Both the position numbers and the translations under genes were made by a program. The notes beneath the pieces are model-generated. The model was given only the letters and a program-made list of their open reading frames with translations, was not told the origin of the DNA and did not search any database. A stretch of DNA of 64,000 nucleotides from Verrucomicrobiia bacterium (GTDB taxonomy: Bacteria > Verrucomicrobiota > Verrucomicrobiia > Palsa-1439), in assembly GCA_050015495.1 (NCBI GenBank), contig JBEKBH010000006.1, forward strand, positions 67,661 through 131,660. Direction: 5' to 3'. How positions within the stretch are numbered: the first letter of the stretch is position 1; each line of letters starts with the position of its first letter. Below are positions 56,831 to 64,000 of the stretch, piece after piece.

Positions 56831-58464
56831 TTCTCCGATTCCTTGAAGGATTCTACGCGGTAGATGAACACCTGCGTGCCCGGTGCGCGCCAGTCGTCCG
56901 CGGCTGCGCCCGCCTTTTCCGCGAGCGTGTCCAGAAACCGCGTCTTGTCTGGTATCTGCTCCCAAACCTGCGGCAGGTACGTCGCCGTTCTACCGTCCAT
57001 CCGCAGGACGACGCCATCGCGATATGGCTGCAATTTGGCCAGCAGGTCTTCCGGCGAACTGAACGCCAGTGGCTCCGGCACCGTGAGCACGCTGATTTCG
57101 ATCTCGACCTTGTCGAGTTCGTCCGGCCGGACGGGCTGGAATCGGGGGTCACGCGTTGCGGCGTTCAGGGAGTTGTCCATCACCGCCTTGTAGAGCGGCT
57201 CCTGGGGTTGGATGTGGCCGATGCACCCGCGCAGGCGACCCTGTTCGGTGAGCGTGACGAAGCATCCTTTTACATCCGCGAACTTCCGCGGAAAAGCGTT
57301 GGTCTTCACTTCCGGCAGTTTGTCGTTGGTGACAACCTCCGTGAGGCTCTGTCGGGCCAGTCGCAGCAGTTGTTCCCGCTCTTCATGGCTGAACGCCTGC
57401 AGCGATGGGGAGCAAAAGGCGATGGCGGCGTAACCGACAACGCTGTCCTTCCGTCCGGCTGTGTCGCCGCTGTTACGAGCATCGAGCAATGTGGCTTTCC
57501 AGCCTTTTGCTCGTGCCAATGAAAGCAACGTCAGCACGCCGGTCTTGCCGCAGGCCTCCTCAGCCTTCATCCGGTCAACATCAAGATCGCAGATGGCGGA
57601 CACGCAACGCGCATCCTTCTCGCGCGCGATGTCATATGGATAGTAGTGACTCAGGTCCGTGCTGACCACCAGTAGCGTGTTGTTGTCGAGACGGTCCGCC
57701 AACGCCTGCGCAAGCTTCGCGGGGTCAACCTCGCCGGTAATGATCGAGACGAGCGAGAAATTCGTCAGCGTCTTCTGCAGGAATGGCACCTCCACTTCCG
57801 CCGAATGCTCCCACGTCTCCGGAGTATCCTCACCGAATTCCGGCTCCGGATGCGAGGCCTGCTTCGACCACGGAGGACGCTGCACCAGACACTTCGGTTC
57901 GGGCACGAAGGGCCCGGCTTCCGCCCATTGCCTGGCCTTGGGCGATACGGACACAAGCCCAAGCGGTGTCCGATACGCGTCCGCGGCGATCACTGACGCG
58001 CCTCGAAACAACGCGTAGTGACTCGGCGCTAGGATGACGACGGTATCGTACACGCGCCCCGCCAGCAGCCGGTAGGCTTCGGCAGCGACCGGGCCGGAAA
58101 ACTCGTAACCGGCGTGCGGACACAAGATGGCGCGCAACTCGCCTTCAATCACCCGCGGTTTCGCGCCCGCCAGAAGGGCGTCAATTGTCTGCGACAGTTG
58201 TGCCGCATCCCGGGGATAGAACAACCCGGCTACGGCCGGTTCTCTCACGACCAGCGGCGCCTTGAGATTCTCAGACGATCCGGTCGTGCTGCCACCGGAT
58301 TGCGCAGTACGTTGAATGTTGGTCGCGACCGCGCTGGCGCTCAGACCGACCGCTTCCACCGGAGACGCGACCGCGATGACCGTCAGGATCGAGGCCACAA
58401 AGAGGACGGTACGGCAGAAGGATCCAGGCGAAGTGTAGTGCTTACGGCCGCGCGGCATTTTCAT
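56827..58464 (-). CDS. Memo-family / AMMECR1 fusion protein (AmmeMemoRadiSam system proteins B and A fused) with N-terminal signal peptide
   Basis: Memo region ..RAILCPHAGYEFSGPVAAEAY... C-terminal AMMECR1 region ..GCFVTLTEQGRLRGCIGHI... N-terminal hydrophobic TVLFVASILTVIAVASPVEA. Confidence 0.75.
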   Translation of the reverse strand: MKMPRGRKHYTSPGSFCRTVLFVASILTVIAVASPVEAVGLSASAVATNIQRTAQSGGSTTGSSENLKAPLVVREPAVAGLFYPRDAAQLSQTIDALLAGAKPRVIEGELRAILCPHAGYEFSGPVAAEAYRLLAGRVYDTVVILAPSHYALFRGASVIAADAYRTPLGLVSVSPKARQWAEAGPFVPEPKCLVQRPPWSKQASHPEPEFGEDTPETWEHSAEVEVPFLQKTLTNFSLVSIITGEVDPAKLAQALADRLDNNTLLVVSTDLSHYYPYDIAREKDARCVSAICDLDVDRMKAEEACGKTGVLTLLSLARAKGWKATLLDARNSGDTAGRKDSVVGYAAIAFCSPSLQAFSHEEREQLLRLARQSLTEVVTNDKLPEVKTNAFPRKFADVKGCFVTLTEQGRLRGCIGHIQPQEPLYKAVMDNSLNAATRDPRFQPVRPDELDKVEIEISVLTVPEPLAFSSPEDLLAKLQPYRDGVVLRMDGRTATYLPQVWEQIPDKTRFLDTLAEKAGAAADDWRAPGTQVFIYRVESFKESEK

Positions 58465-58579
58465 TTCCGATCAACTCCCACGCGACCCGAAGGCGTTTGC
58501 GCCGACCGCACACGCCCACCGACTTGGCAGAATTTTCGCCCCGTGCCCGACCCTTGGTCAAGTCGGAAATCCGCCTCAG

Positions 58580-59866
58580 TCAGGGCGGTAGAGGTTTGCC
58601 CTTGGTCTCGGGAGCGAACGGCAAGATCAGAAGGCCGACCAGATAGACCACCGCCACCGCGCTGGCGGCGCGGCCAAAGCTACCCAGCGCTGTGACGAGA
58701 CAGCCGGTCAGAAACGGGCCGGTCGACGCCAGCGCCCGCCCGACGTTGAAACAAAAGCCCGCGCCGGTCGCGCGAAGCCCCGTTGGGTACAATTCCGGCA
58801 GGTAAATCGGAAAACCGCTGAAGATCCCGTTGTTGAAAAAACCCAGCAACGGCAGCAACAGCAGCACGTGAACGTAGGATCGCGGCGTCAGAAACGTGAT
58901 CGGGAGCATCACCAGGCTACCCACGCACATCGACGCGAATACCGGGCGTCTACCCAAACGGTCGGCCAACGGACCGAAGCTCAGATAACCGAATACTGCT
59001 CCCACGTTGAGCACCATCGTCGCGTAGCTGACCCGGCCTGTGAGCTCCGAGGGACTCAAATCTCGGAGATCGGGCAATGCGCGGATGAGTGTCGGCGTCC
59101 AATTTGTCGCCCCCCACAGGCCAAACACGGCGACAAACGCCAGTCCGGACCCGACCATGGTGGAGCGCACCAACCCCGGCGCGAACAATTCCGCCAGTCT
59201 TTGTCGGCCCCGAGTGCGAGACTGTCGTTCCTCGGCGCGGGCGTTGATCCATCGCTCCGGCTCCTTGACCCACAGGCGCACGAGGAGTGCCACGGCGGCC
59301 GGCACGATGCCGACCACAAACACCGGCCGCCACCCATGGTGGCGCAGGAGCAGGGCGATAATTGCTGCCACCAGGAATCCCGCAGCCCAGGCTGACTGCA
59401 GCAGACCCGCAGCTTGGGCCCGCTTTTCTTCGGGAAATACTTCGGCCACGAGTGACGCGCCGGCCGCCCACTCCCCACCGATGCCCAGCGCCGTCAGGAA
59501 CCGAAACAGCGCCAGCTGCCACCAGGTCCTCGATAGAGCTGCCATGCCCGTGAACACCGCATAAATGAGGATCGTGAGAACCAGTACCTTGGTCCGTCCG
59601 AAATTGTCCGCAACGACGCCGAAGAAGACGCCCCCGATGGCCCAACCGATCAGGAAAACCGAAAAGATGATACCGCCGTACCAGCCGATGACGTCAGCAT
59701 TGACGGGCCCGACTCCCGGCGCGCGCAACAGGTCGTGAAGTGCCGGCTGCATGACCAGCGCGTAGATCGTCGCGTCCATCGAGTCGAACACCCAGCCGAG
59801 CCACGCCACGAACAGCACCAGCCATTGGTAGCGTGTGACGCCGTCGCGCCACGAAGTGGGTCTCAC
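58580..59866 (-). CDS. MFS transporter
   Basis: 12 TM helices. MFS motif ...GRTKVLVL. Confidence 0.8.
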   Translation of the reverse strand: MRPTSWRDGVTRYQWLVLFVAWLGWVFDSMDATIYALVMQPALHDLLRAPGVGPVNADVIGWYGGIIFSVFLIGWAIGGVFFGVVADNFGRTKVLVLTILIYAVFTGMAALSRTWWQLALFRFLTALGIGGEWAAGASLVAEVFPEEKRAQAAGLLQSAWAAGFLVAAIIALLLRHHGWRPVFVVGIVPAAVALLVRLWVKEPERWINARAEERQSRTRGRQRLAELFAPGLVRSTMVGSGLAFVAVFGLWGATNWTPTLIRALPDLRDLSPSELTGRVSYATMVLNVGAVFGYLSFGPLADRLGRRPVFASMCVGSLVMLPITFLTPRSYVHVLLLLPLLGFFNNGIFSGFPIYLPELYPTGLRATGAGFCFNVGRALASTGPFLTGCLVTALGSFGRAASAVAVVYLVGLLILPFAPETKGKPLPP

Positions 59867-59966
59867 AAGGTTGGAATCTAGCTTCCGCGACGGGAAGCTT
59901 CAACATCGATTCCTCGTGTCGGCCGGTGCCAAACCCGGCCAGCACCATCCCGTGCGGAACCGGCAT

Positions 59967-60767
59967 CTATGGTTTCGCGGTCTCGTCGCCGGCCTTCTTC
60001 ATGAACGGCGTGAACAGGTCCATCGGGATCGGGATAAACGTCGTCGTGTTGTGCTCGCTGGCGATTTCCGACATCGTTTGCAGGTAGCGCAACTGCAGCG
60101 CGATGGGCTGGGCTGAAATCATGCCCGCCGCCTGGACGAGTTTTTCGGCCGCCTGAAATTCGCCTTCCGCATTGATGATCTTCGCGCGGCGCTCCCGCTC
60201 GCTTTCCGCTTGTTTGGCCATCGCGCGCTTCATCGAGTCCGGCAGGACCACGTCGCGAACTTCGACGGAGGTGACCTTGACACCCCACGGCTCGGTGTGA
60301 CGGTCGATGATTTCCTGGAGCTGCTGGTTGATCTTGTCGCGCTGGGCCAGCAACTCGTCGAGTTGCGACTGGCCAAGCACACTGCGGAGTGTCGTCTGGG
60401 CGATCAGCGAACTGGCTTTGAGGAAATTCTCTACCTTGACCACCGCTGCCTGGGGATCAACGACGCGGAAGTAAACGACAGCGTCCACCGTCGCGGGCAC
60501 GTTGTCGCGCGTCATGACCTCCTGCTTGGGAACGTCGATGGTGATAACGCGAAGGTCCATCTTCACCATGCGGTCCACAACCGGGATGAGCAGGATCAGC
60601 CCGGGCCCTTTTGCGCCGAGCAGTTTGCCCAATCGAAAAATCACCCCGCGCTCGTACTCGCGGAGGATGCGGATCATCTGGGGTAGCACGACCGCGCCCA
60701 ACACGAACAACACCACAATCCAAGGGATCAGACCAAACGATTTTTCCGCGGCGTCCATGATACGCAC
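59967..60767 (-). CDS. SPFH/Band-7 (stomatin-like) protein
   Basis: N-terminal TM anchor plus PHB domain (YERGVIFRLGK...DLRVITIDVPKQEVMTRDNV). Confidence 0.85.
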   Translation of the reverse strand: MRIMDAAEKSFGLIPWIVVLFVLGAVVLPQMIRILREYERGVIFRLGKLLGAKGPGLILLIPVVDRMVKMDLRVITIDVPKQEVMTRDNVPATVDAVVYFRVVDPQAAVVKVENFLKASSLIAQTTLRSVLGQSQLDELLAQRDKINQQLQEIIDRHTEPWGVKVTSVEVRDVVLPDSMKRAMAKQAESERERRAKIINAEGEFQAAEKLVQAAGMISAQPIALQLRYLQTMSEIASEHNTTTFIPIPMDLFTPFMKKAGDETAKP

Positions 60768-60771
60768 TCCT

Positions 60772-62070
60772 TTAGATGAGTTTGGGTTTCACTTTCAACG
60801 TCAGTCCCTGCATCTCGACAATCTCAACGCGCTGGCCTTGCGCCACGGGCACGTCACTGACCGCCTGCCAGTATTCTCCTTCGACAAACACTTTGCCGCC
60901 CCGCCCGTCAATGTCTGTCAACGCCGTCACCACCGTGCCGCGCATCGTCTCCGCCCCGGCCTTGACGGGCATCCGTTGCGCCCGCAAGCCGCTGCCGACC
61001 ACGAAAATGAAAAACAATGCCGTCACCACCGTGGCCGGTACCACCCAGGTCAGCGACAGCCTCAAGTACGGATCGGAACGGTCAAACAGCATGAGCGCGC
61101 CGAGGAAAAACGCCACGATACCGCCGGCCGTCAACACCCCGTGCGTCGGGGCAAACGCATCGATGAGAAACAGCGCGATCGCCACGCCGAACAACACCAG
61201 TCCGGCGACGTTCATCGGCAGCGCCGTCGCCAGATACAGCAACAACACCAGCGCGATCACGCCTGCCACACCGGGCAGAATCGCGCCGGGGCTGGTCAGT
61301 TCCCCAATGATCCCGTACATCACGATCAACGTCAGCACCAGCATCATCTGCGGATGCGCGATGGCCTGAAAAACCCTTTCGCGCAGGGACAGCGGAATCT
61401 CCACCACCGTCGCCGTAGCCGTCTTCAGCTTCTTGCCATTCCCCTCGCGTCCGTCAAGTTGCCTCAACAGGTCGTCGCGGTCCTTCGCGATGAAATCGAT
61501 GACTTTCATCTGCAGTGCCTTTTCCGCGCTGGTCGCCGCGCTCTCGCGCACCGACGACCGCGCCCACTCCGCGTTCCGTTTTCGTTTGACGGCGATGCCC
61601 TCGATGTAACTGCTGTAAAAATTCTCCAGCTTCTCCTTCATCGTTTTGTCGATCTCGTCGCCGCCCATCTCGACGGGGTGCGCCGCGCCGATGGCGGTTG
61701 CCGGCGCCATCGCGGCTACATCAGCCGCCAGCGTGATGAAACAGCCGGCGCTGCCGGCCTGCGCCCCTTGTGGCGCGACGTAGACGACCGTCGGCACCGT
61801 CGAGGCAAGGAACTTCTGCACGATCTCCTTGGTTGGATCGAGCAGTCCGCCGGGGGTGTCGAGTTGGATGAGCAAACATTGCGCGCCTCGCGACGCCGCC
61901 TCATCGACGGCGCGGGAAATATAGCTGGCCGTTGCCGGTCCGATCACGCCGTTAACTGTAATAAAGCACACGATCTCTGCGTGCCCGGTCCCCTGACCAG
62001 TCCCACGAAGGGTTGGGATTGCCGCGAGAAGAACGATGCAGGCGGCTACAATTGCCCCCCGGCGTTTCAT
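60772..62070 (-). CDS. NfeD-family membrane-bound ClpP-class serine protease (stomatin operon partner)
   Basis: ClpP-like N-terminal domain (TPGGLLD, GAAHPV). Central TM helices. C-terminal OB-fold. Confidence 0.8.
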   Translation of the reverse strand: MKRRGAIVAACIVLLAAIPTLRGTGQGTGHAEIVCFITVNGVIGPATASYISRAVDEAASRGAQCLLIQLDTPGGLLDPTKEIVQKFLASTVPTVVYVAPQGAQAGSAGCFITLAADVAAMAPATAIGAAHPVEMGGDEIDKTMKEKLENFYSSYIEGIAVKRKRNAEWARSSVRESAATSAEKALQMKVIDFIAKDRDDLLRQLDGREGNGKKLKTATATVVEIPLSLRERVFQAIAHPQMMLVLTLIVMYGIIGELTSPGAILPGVAGVIALVLLLYLATALPMNVAGLVLFGVAIALFLIDAFAPTHGVLTAGGIVAFFLGALMLFDRSDPYLRLSLTWVVPATVVTALFFIFVVGSGLRAQRMPVKAGAETMRGTVVTALTDIDGRGGKVFVEGEYWQAVSDVPVAQGQRVEIVEMQGLTLKVKPKLI

Positions 62071-62180
62071 GGCTGCCTCAACCTATCACATCCCCCGCCT
62101 TGGGCAACGCAGAAAGTGCACCGCTGAGAGAGATTGTGAATTCGGTGCGATCACAACAACAGGCTCAAGCCGATCGGTGG

Positions 62181-62642
62181 CTACCGGCCGTGCGCCGCGG
62201 GTGGCGTCCACTCCTCCTTGTGGCCGAAGCTGATTCGATTGTCGATCAACCGGATCCATGTCGTGTCGATTCGCCACATCGCGGTGTTCGCCAACTCTCG
62301 CGTCAGGATTGCGCTGGGCTGTTGCAGGAAGGGGAACCGGGCGCTGTAAATCTCCCACGCCCGCGTCCGCTCCGTGCTTTCGAGTTGGCGACAGATGCCG
62401 CGGAACTGGATGCCCTGAATCTCGTGCCAATGTTGACGGTCGAGTTGGATTGTGCCCGCAACGGACGGATTTGCCAGCATCGCCTTCCCGTGGCGTGTTG
62501 TCGGATCCGTCACCACATGGAAACGCAATTCGTCGTCGACGGCATAGAACAGCGCAGCCGCGTAAGGGGTACCGTCCTCTTCGGTGACCGCCAGCGTCAG
62601 CACCTGATGTTCGTGCAGGAACTTCAGCAATCGTTCGCGCAC
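62181..62642 (-). CDS. Pyridoxamine 5'-phosphate oxidase-like FMN-binding split-barrel protein
   Basis: ..HQVLTLAVTEEDGTPYAAALFYA pattern. Confidence 0.6.
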   Translation of the reverse strand: MRERLLKFLHEHQVLTLAVTEEDGTPYAAALFYAVDDELRFHVVTDPTTRHGKAMLANPSVAGTIQLDRQHWHEIQGIQFRGICRQLESTERTRAWEIYSARFPFLQQPSAILTRELANTAMWRIDTTWIRLIDNRISFGHKEEWTPPAAHGR

Positions 62643-62678
62643 CTCAACCTCAGTAGTTCGCTGAGTCGTGCCCTGCTA

Positions 62679-63104
62679 TCAGGACAAATTCTTCACGGTG
62701 CGAATGGCTTTCTCGGCATCCTCAACCGTGTCCAGCGCCAGATAGCAAACGAACTTCTTGCCGATGGCGGCGGCTGAAAGTCCCCTCAGGTTGATTCCCG
62801 CATCGGCCAGTGCCTTGGCCATCATCATGCCCAGCCCCGGCCGGTCGGGTCCCTCGATGCGAACCGAGTGCAGGCTGTCAGCCGGCAGGAAGCCGGCATC
62901 CGTGGCGCCCTTGACCTGCTCGGTGCCCGCCAACGGAGCGACGAATACCACTCCCTTGCCTGGCTGCTCGGGCGCCCGGCGGGCGATGACGAATTCTAGG
63001 TTGGCCCCGGCCGCGGACAACGGCGCCAGCTTATGCACCAAGCCGCCGACGTGATCCTCGATGGTTGCGGCCCACACCTCCACCTTGTTCACCTTGAGTC
63101 CCAT
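62679..63104 (-). CDS. Small ACT-like / regulatory domain protein
   Basis: Two ~65-aa halves with a beta-alpha-beta-beta-alpha-beta-like pattern. Weak call. Confidence 0.4.
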   Translation of the reverse strand: MGLKVNKVEVWAATIEDHVGGLVHKLAPLSAAGANLEFVIARRAPEQPGKGVVFVAPLAGTEQVKGATDAGFLPADSLHSVRIEGPDRPGLGMMMAKALADAGINLRGLSAAAIGKKFVCYLALDTVEDAEKAIRTVKNLS

Positions 63105-63143
63105 GATGACCTCCTCGTGGTTGGTTTCGTGTCTTTTGAACGA

Positions 63144-63605
63144 TCATGCTTCGTCTGTCGACGACTGCTGTGACAAATGCGATTGCGATTTCCACACCTT
63201 CCCCAGTATCTGCAGCGTTTCGAGTTGGAGCGCTTTCTCGATCAGGGGAAACACGGTCCGTTCCTCCTCGCTGAAGTGAGCGCGACAGGCGTTCAAGGCC
63301 GCCTTCAGTCGGGTGCGGGCTTTTTGAAGATCCTTGATCCCTTCCACTCTTTTCAGGAGCCCATCGATTTCCTCATGATCGTGGTGCAGACGGGTCAGGT
63401 GGTTCTGCTGATGCAGGATGTGATCCAAGGCGATATAGGCCAAATCCGTTTCCGCCCCGCCGTGGTCGCGAAGTGGCGCCTCTAGGAGGCGGCACATCAA
63501 CGCGATTTCGTCCACGGTCTTGACGCCGGGCAAAGCGCGTTCAACCTGGTCGAAAAGCGTCAGGAACACGCGGTGCTCAGCCACCAAGCCATCGATAATG
63601 GTCAT
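63144..63605 (-). CDS. Hemerythrin-like (HHE cation-binding) domain protein
   Basis: H..xxxE / HxxxE spacing (AEHRVFLTLF..., HHDHEEID...). Confidence 0.6.
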   Translation of the reverse strand: MTIIDGLVAEHRVFLTLFDQVERALPGVKTVDEIALMCRLLEAPLRDHGGAETDLAYIALDHILHQQNHLTRLHHDHEEIDGLLKRVEGIKDLQKARTRLKAALNACRAHFSEEERTVFPLIEKALQLETLQILGKVWKSQSHLSQQSSTDEA

Positions 63606-63658
63606 GGCAAGTGAATCCTAGTCCTCGCACGCGCCAAGTCAACTCCGACCTCTCGCTG

Positions 63659-63883
63659 CTATTTCTTCTGCGCCGCTTTCAGTGCCTTCCACCGCGCCCG
63701 CTGCGCTGCGGCGATCCGAGCCAGACCCGCCTTGGTAAATACCGGTTTGCGTCTGACTGCCGGCGCGGATGTTTCATCGAGTGACGCAAGGGCCTTTATC
63801 GCCAGATCCAGCTTTTCGAGTTCGCGCTGGGTAAGTTTACGCTGTGTTTCCAACTGATGGACGATGTTGCTGATCGTAGGCAT
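63659..63883 (-). CDS. Small basic hypothetical protein (74 aa)
   Basis: ORF with Lys/Arg-rich C-terminus. No family recognised. Confidence 0.3.
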   Translation of the reverse strand: MPTISNIVHQLETQRKLTQRELEKLDLAIKALASLDETSAPAVRRKPVFTKAGLARIAAAQRARWKALKAAQKK

Positions 63884-64000
63884 GGATCCTCCCGGATTGT
63901 TGAACGTTTAACACCTCTCGCCAATTGCCAACATGATAGCAGGGCGGTGGGTCTACTTCAACTGTTTCCCCTCGGGTCGCGAGAGCAACAATTGAGTGGA

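Noticed and set aside
60502-62127. 541-aa plus-strand ORF antisense to the NfeD/stomatin genes
   Set aside because: His/Arg/Gln-rich low-complexity translation. The opposite-strand genes have strong SPFH and NfeD signatures.
1-64000. CRISPR arrays, rRNA genes, IS elements or transposases, integrases
   Set aside because: No regularly spaced short direct repeats, no rRNA-like conserved stretches, and no DDE-transposase or tyrosine-recombinase motifs were found on either strand.

Overview
High-GC (about 62%) bacterial chromosomal segment. It looks Acidobacteria-like, which is a guess from DUF2911 proteins, bacillithiol genes and the PEP-CTERM system. The dominant feature is a roughly 41 kb, almost entirely plus-strand exopolysaccharide / PEP-CTERM-exosortase locus (1-41640). 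It opens with the C-terminal end of an AsnB-family amidotransferase. It then carries GT1 and GT2 glycosyltransferases, an FkbM methyltransferase, a Wzy_C/O-antigen-ligase-like membrane protein, a Wzx flippase, a polysaccharide deacetylase, two hexapeptide acetyltransferases, three FemAB/Acetyltransf_6-like proteins, an RmlD-like reductase, an outer-membrane beta-barrel and an exosortase. It also carries the PrsT (TPR lipoprotein), PrsK (histidine kinase) and PrsR (sigma-54 activator) trio, a Wza-like export protein and one PEP-CTERM protein. A cassette that has not been linked to exosortase systems sits between the exosortase and prsTKR: AMP-dependent acyl ligase, ACP, FabH-like ketosynthase, FkbH-like HAD phosphatase (glyceryl-ACP loading type), a second ACP, LbH acetyltransferase, and a 599-aa unknown protein. 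This gene set resembles the RK-682-type acyl-tetronate / glyceryl-ACP toolkit without a PKS. Other structure in the locus: a GG-N10-GC sigma-54 promoter in front of a 1017-aa beta-helix/PKD-repeat secreted protein, ABAB tandem PKD repeats, a diverged ~425-bp segmental duplication bracketing a GT2 paralog plus a FemAB-like gene (with two pseudogene remnants), and 80-bp direct repeats plus a tRNA T-arm-like fragment bracketing a BspA-type LRR surface-protein gene. The second half of the window (41.7-64 kb) is minus-strand. It contains an M50 protease and a translationally coupled operon running PIG-L multidomain deacetylase, small membrane protein, Na+/solute symporter, hypothetical, BshB, BshA. 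It also contains a DUF2911 pair and an AmmeMemoRadiSam system (signal-peptide Memo-AMMECR1 fusion, membrane-fused spermidine-synthase-like protein, small membrane protein, Tat-like radical SAM enzyme). The remaining genes are an MFS transporter, a stomatin/NfeD pair, and small PNPOx-like, ACT-like and hemerythrin-like proteins. There are no rRNA genes, intact tRNA genes, CRISPR arrays or transposases. Many long antisense ORFs are GC-frame artefacts.
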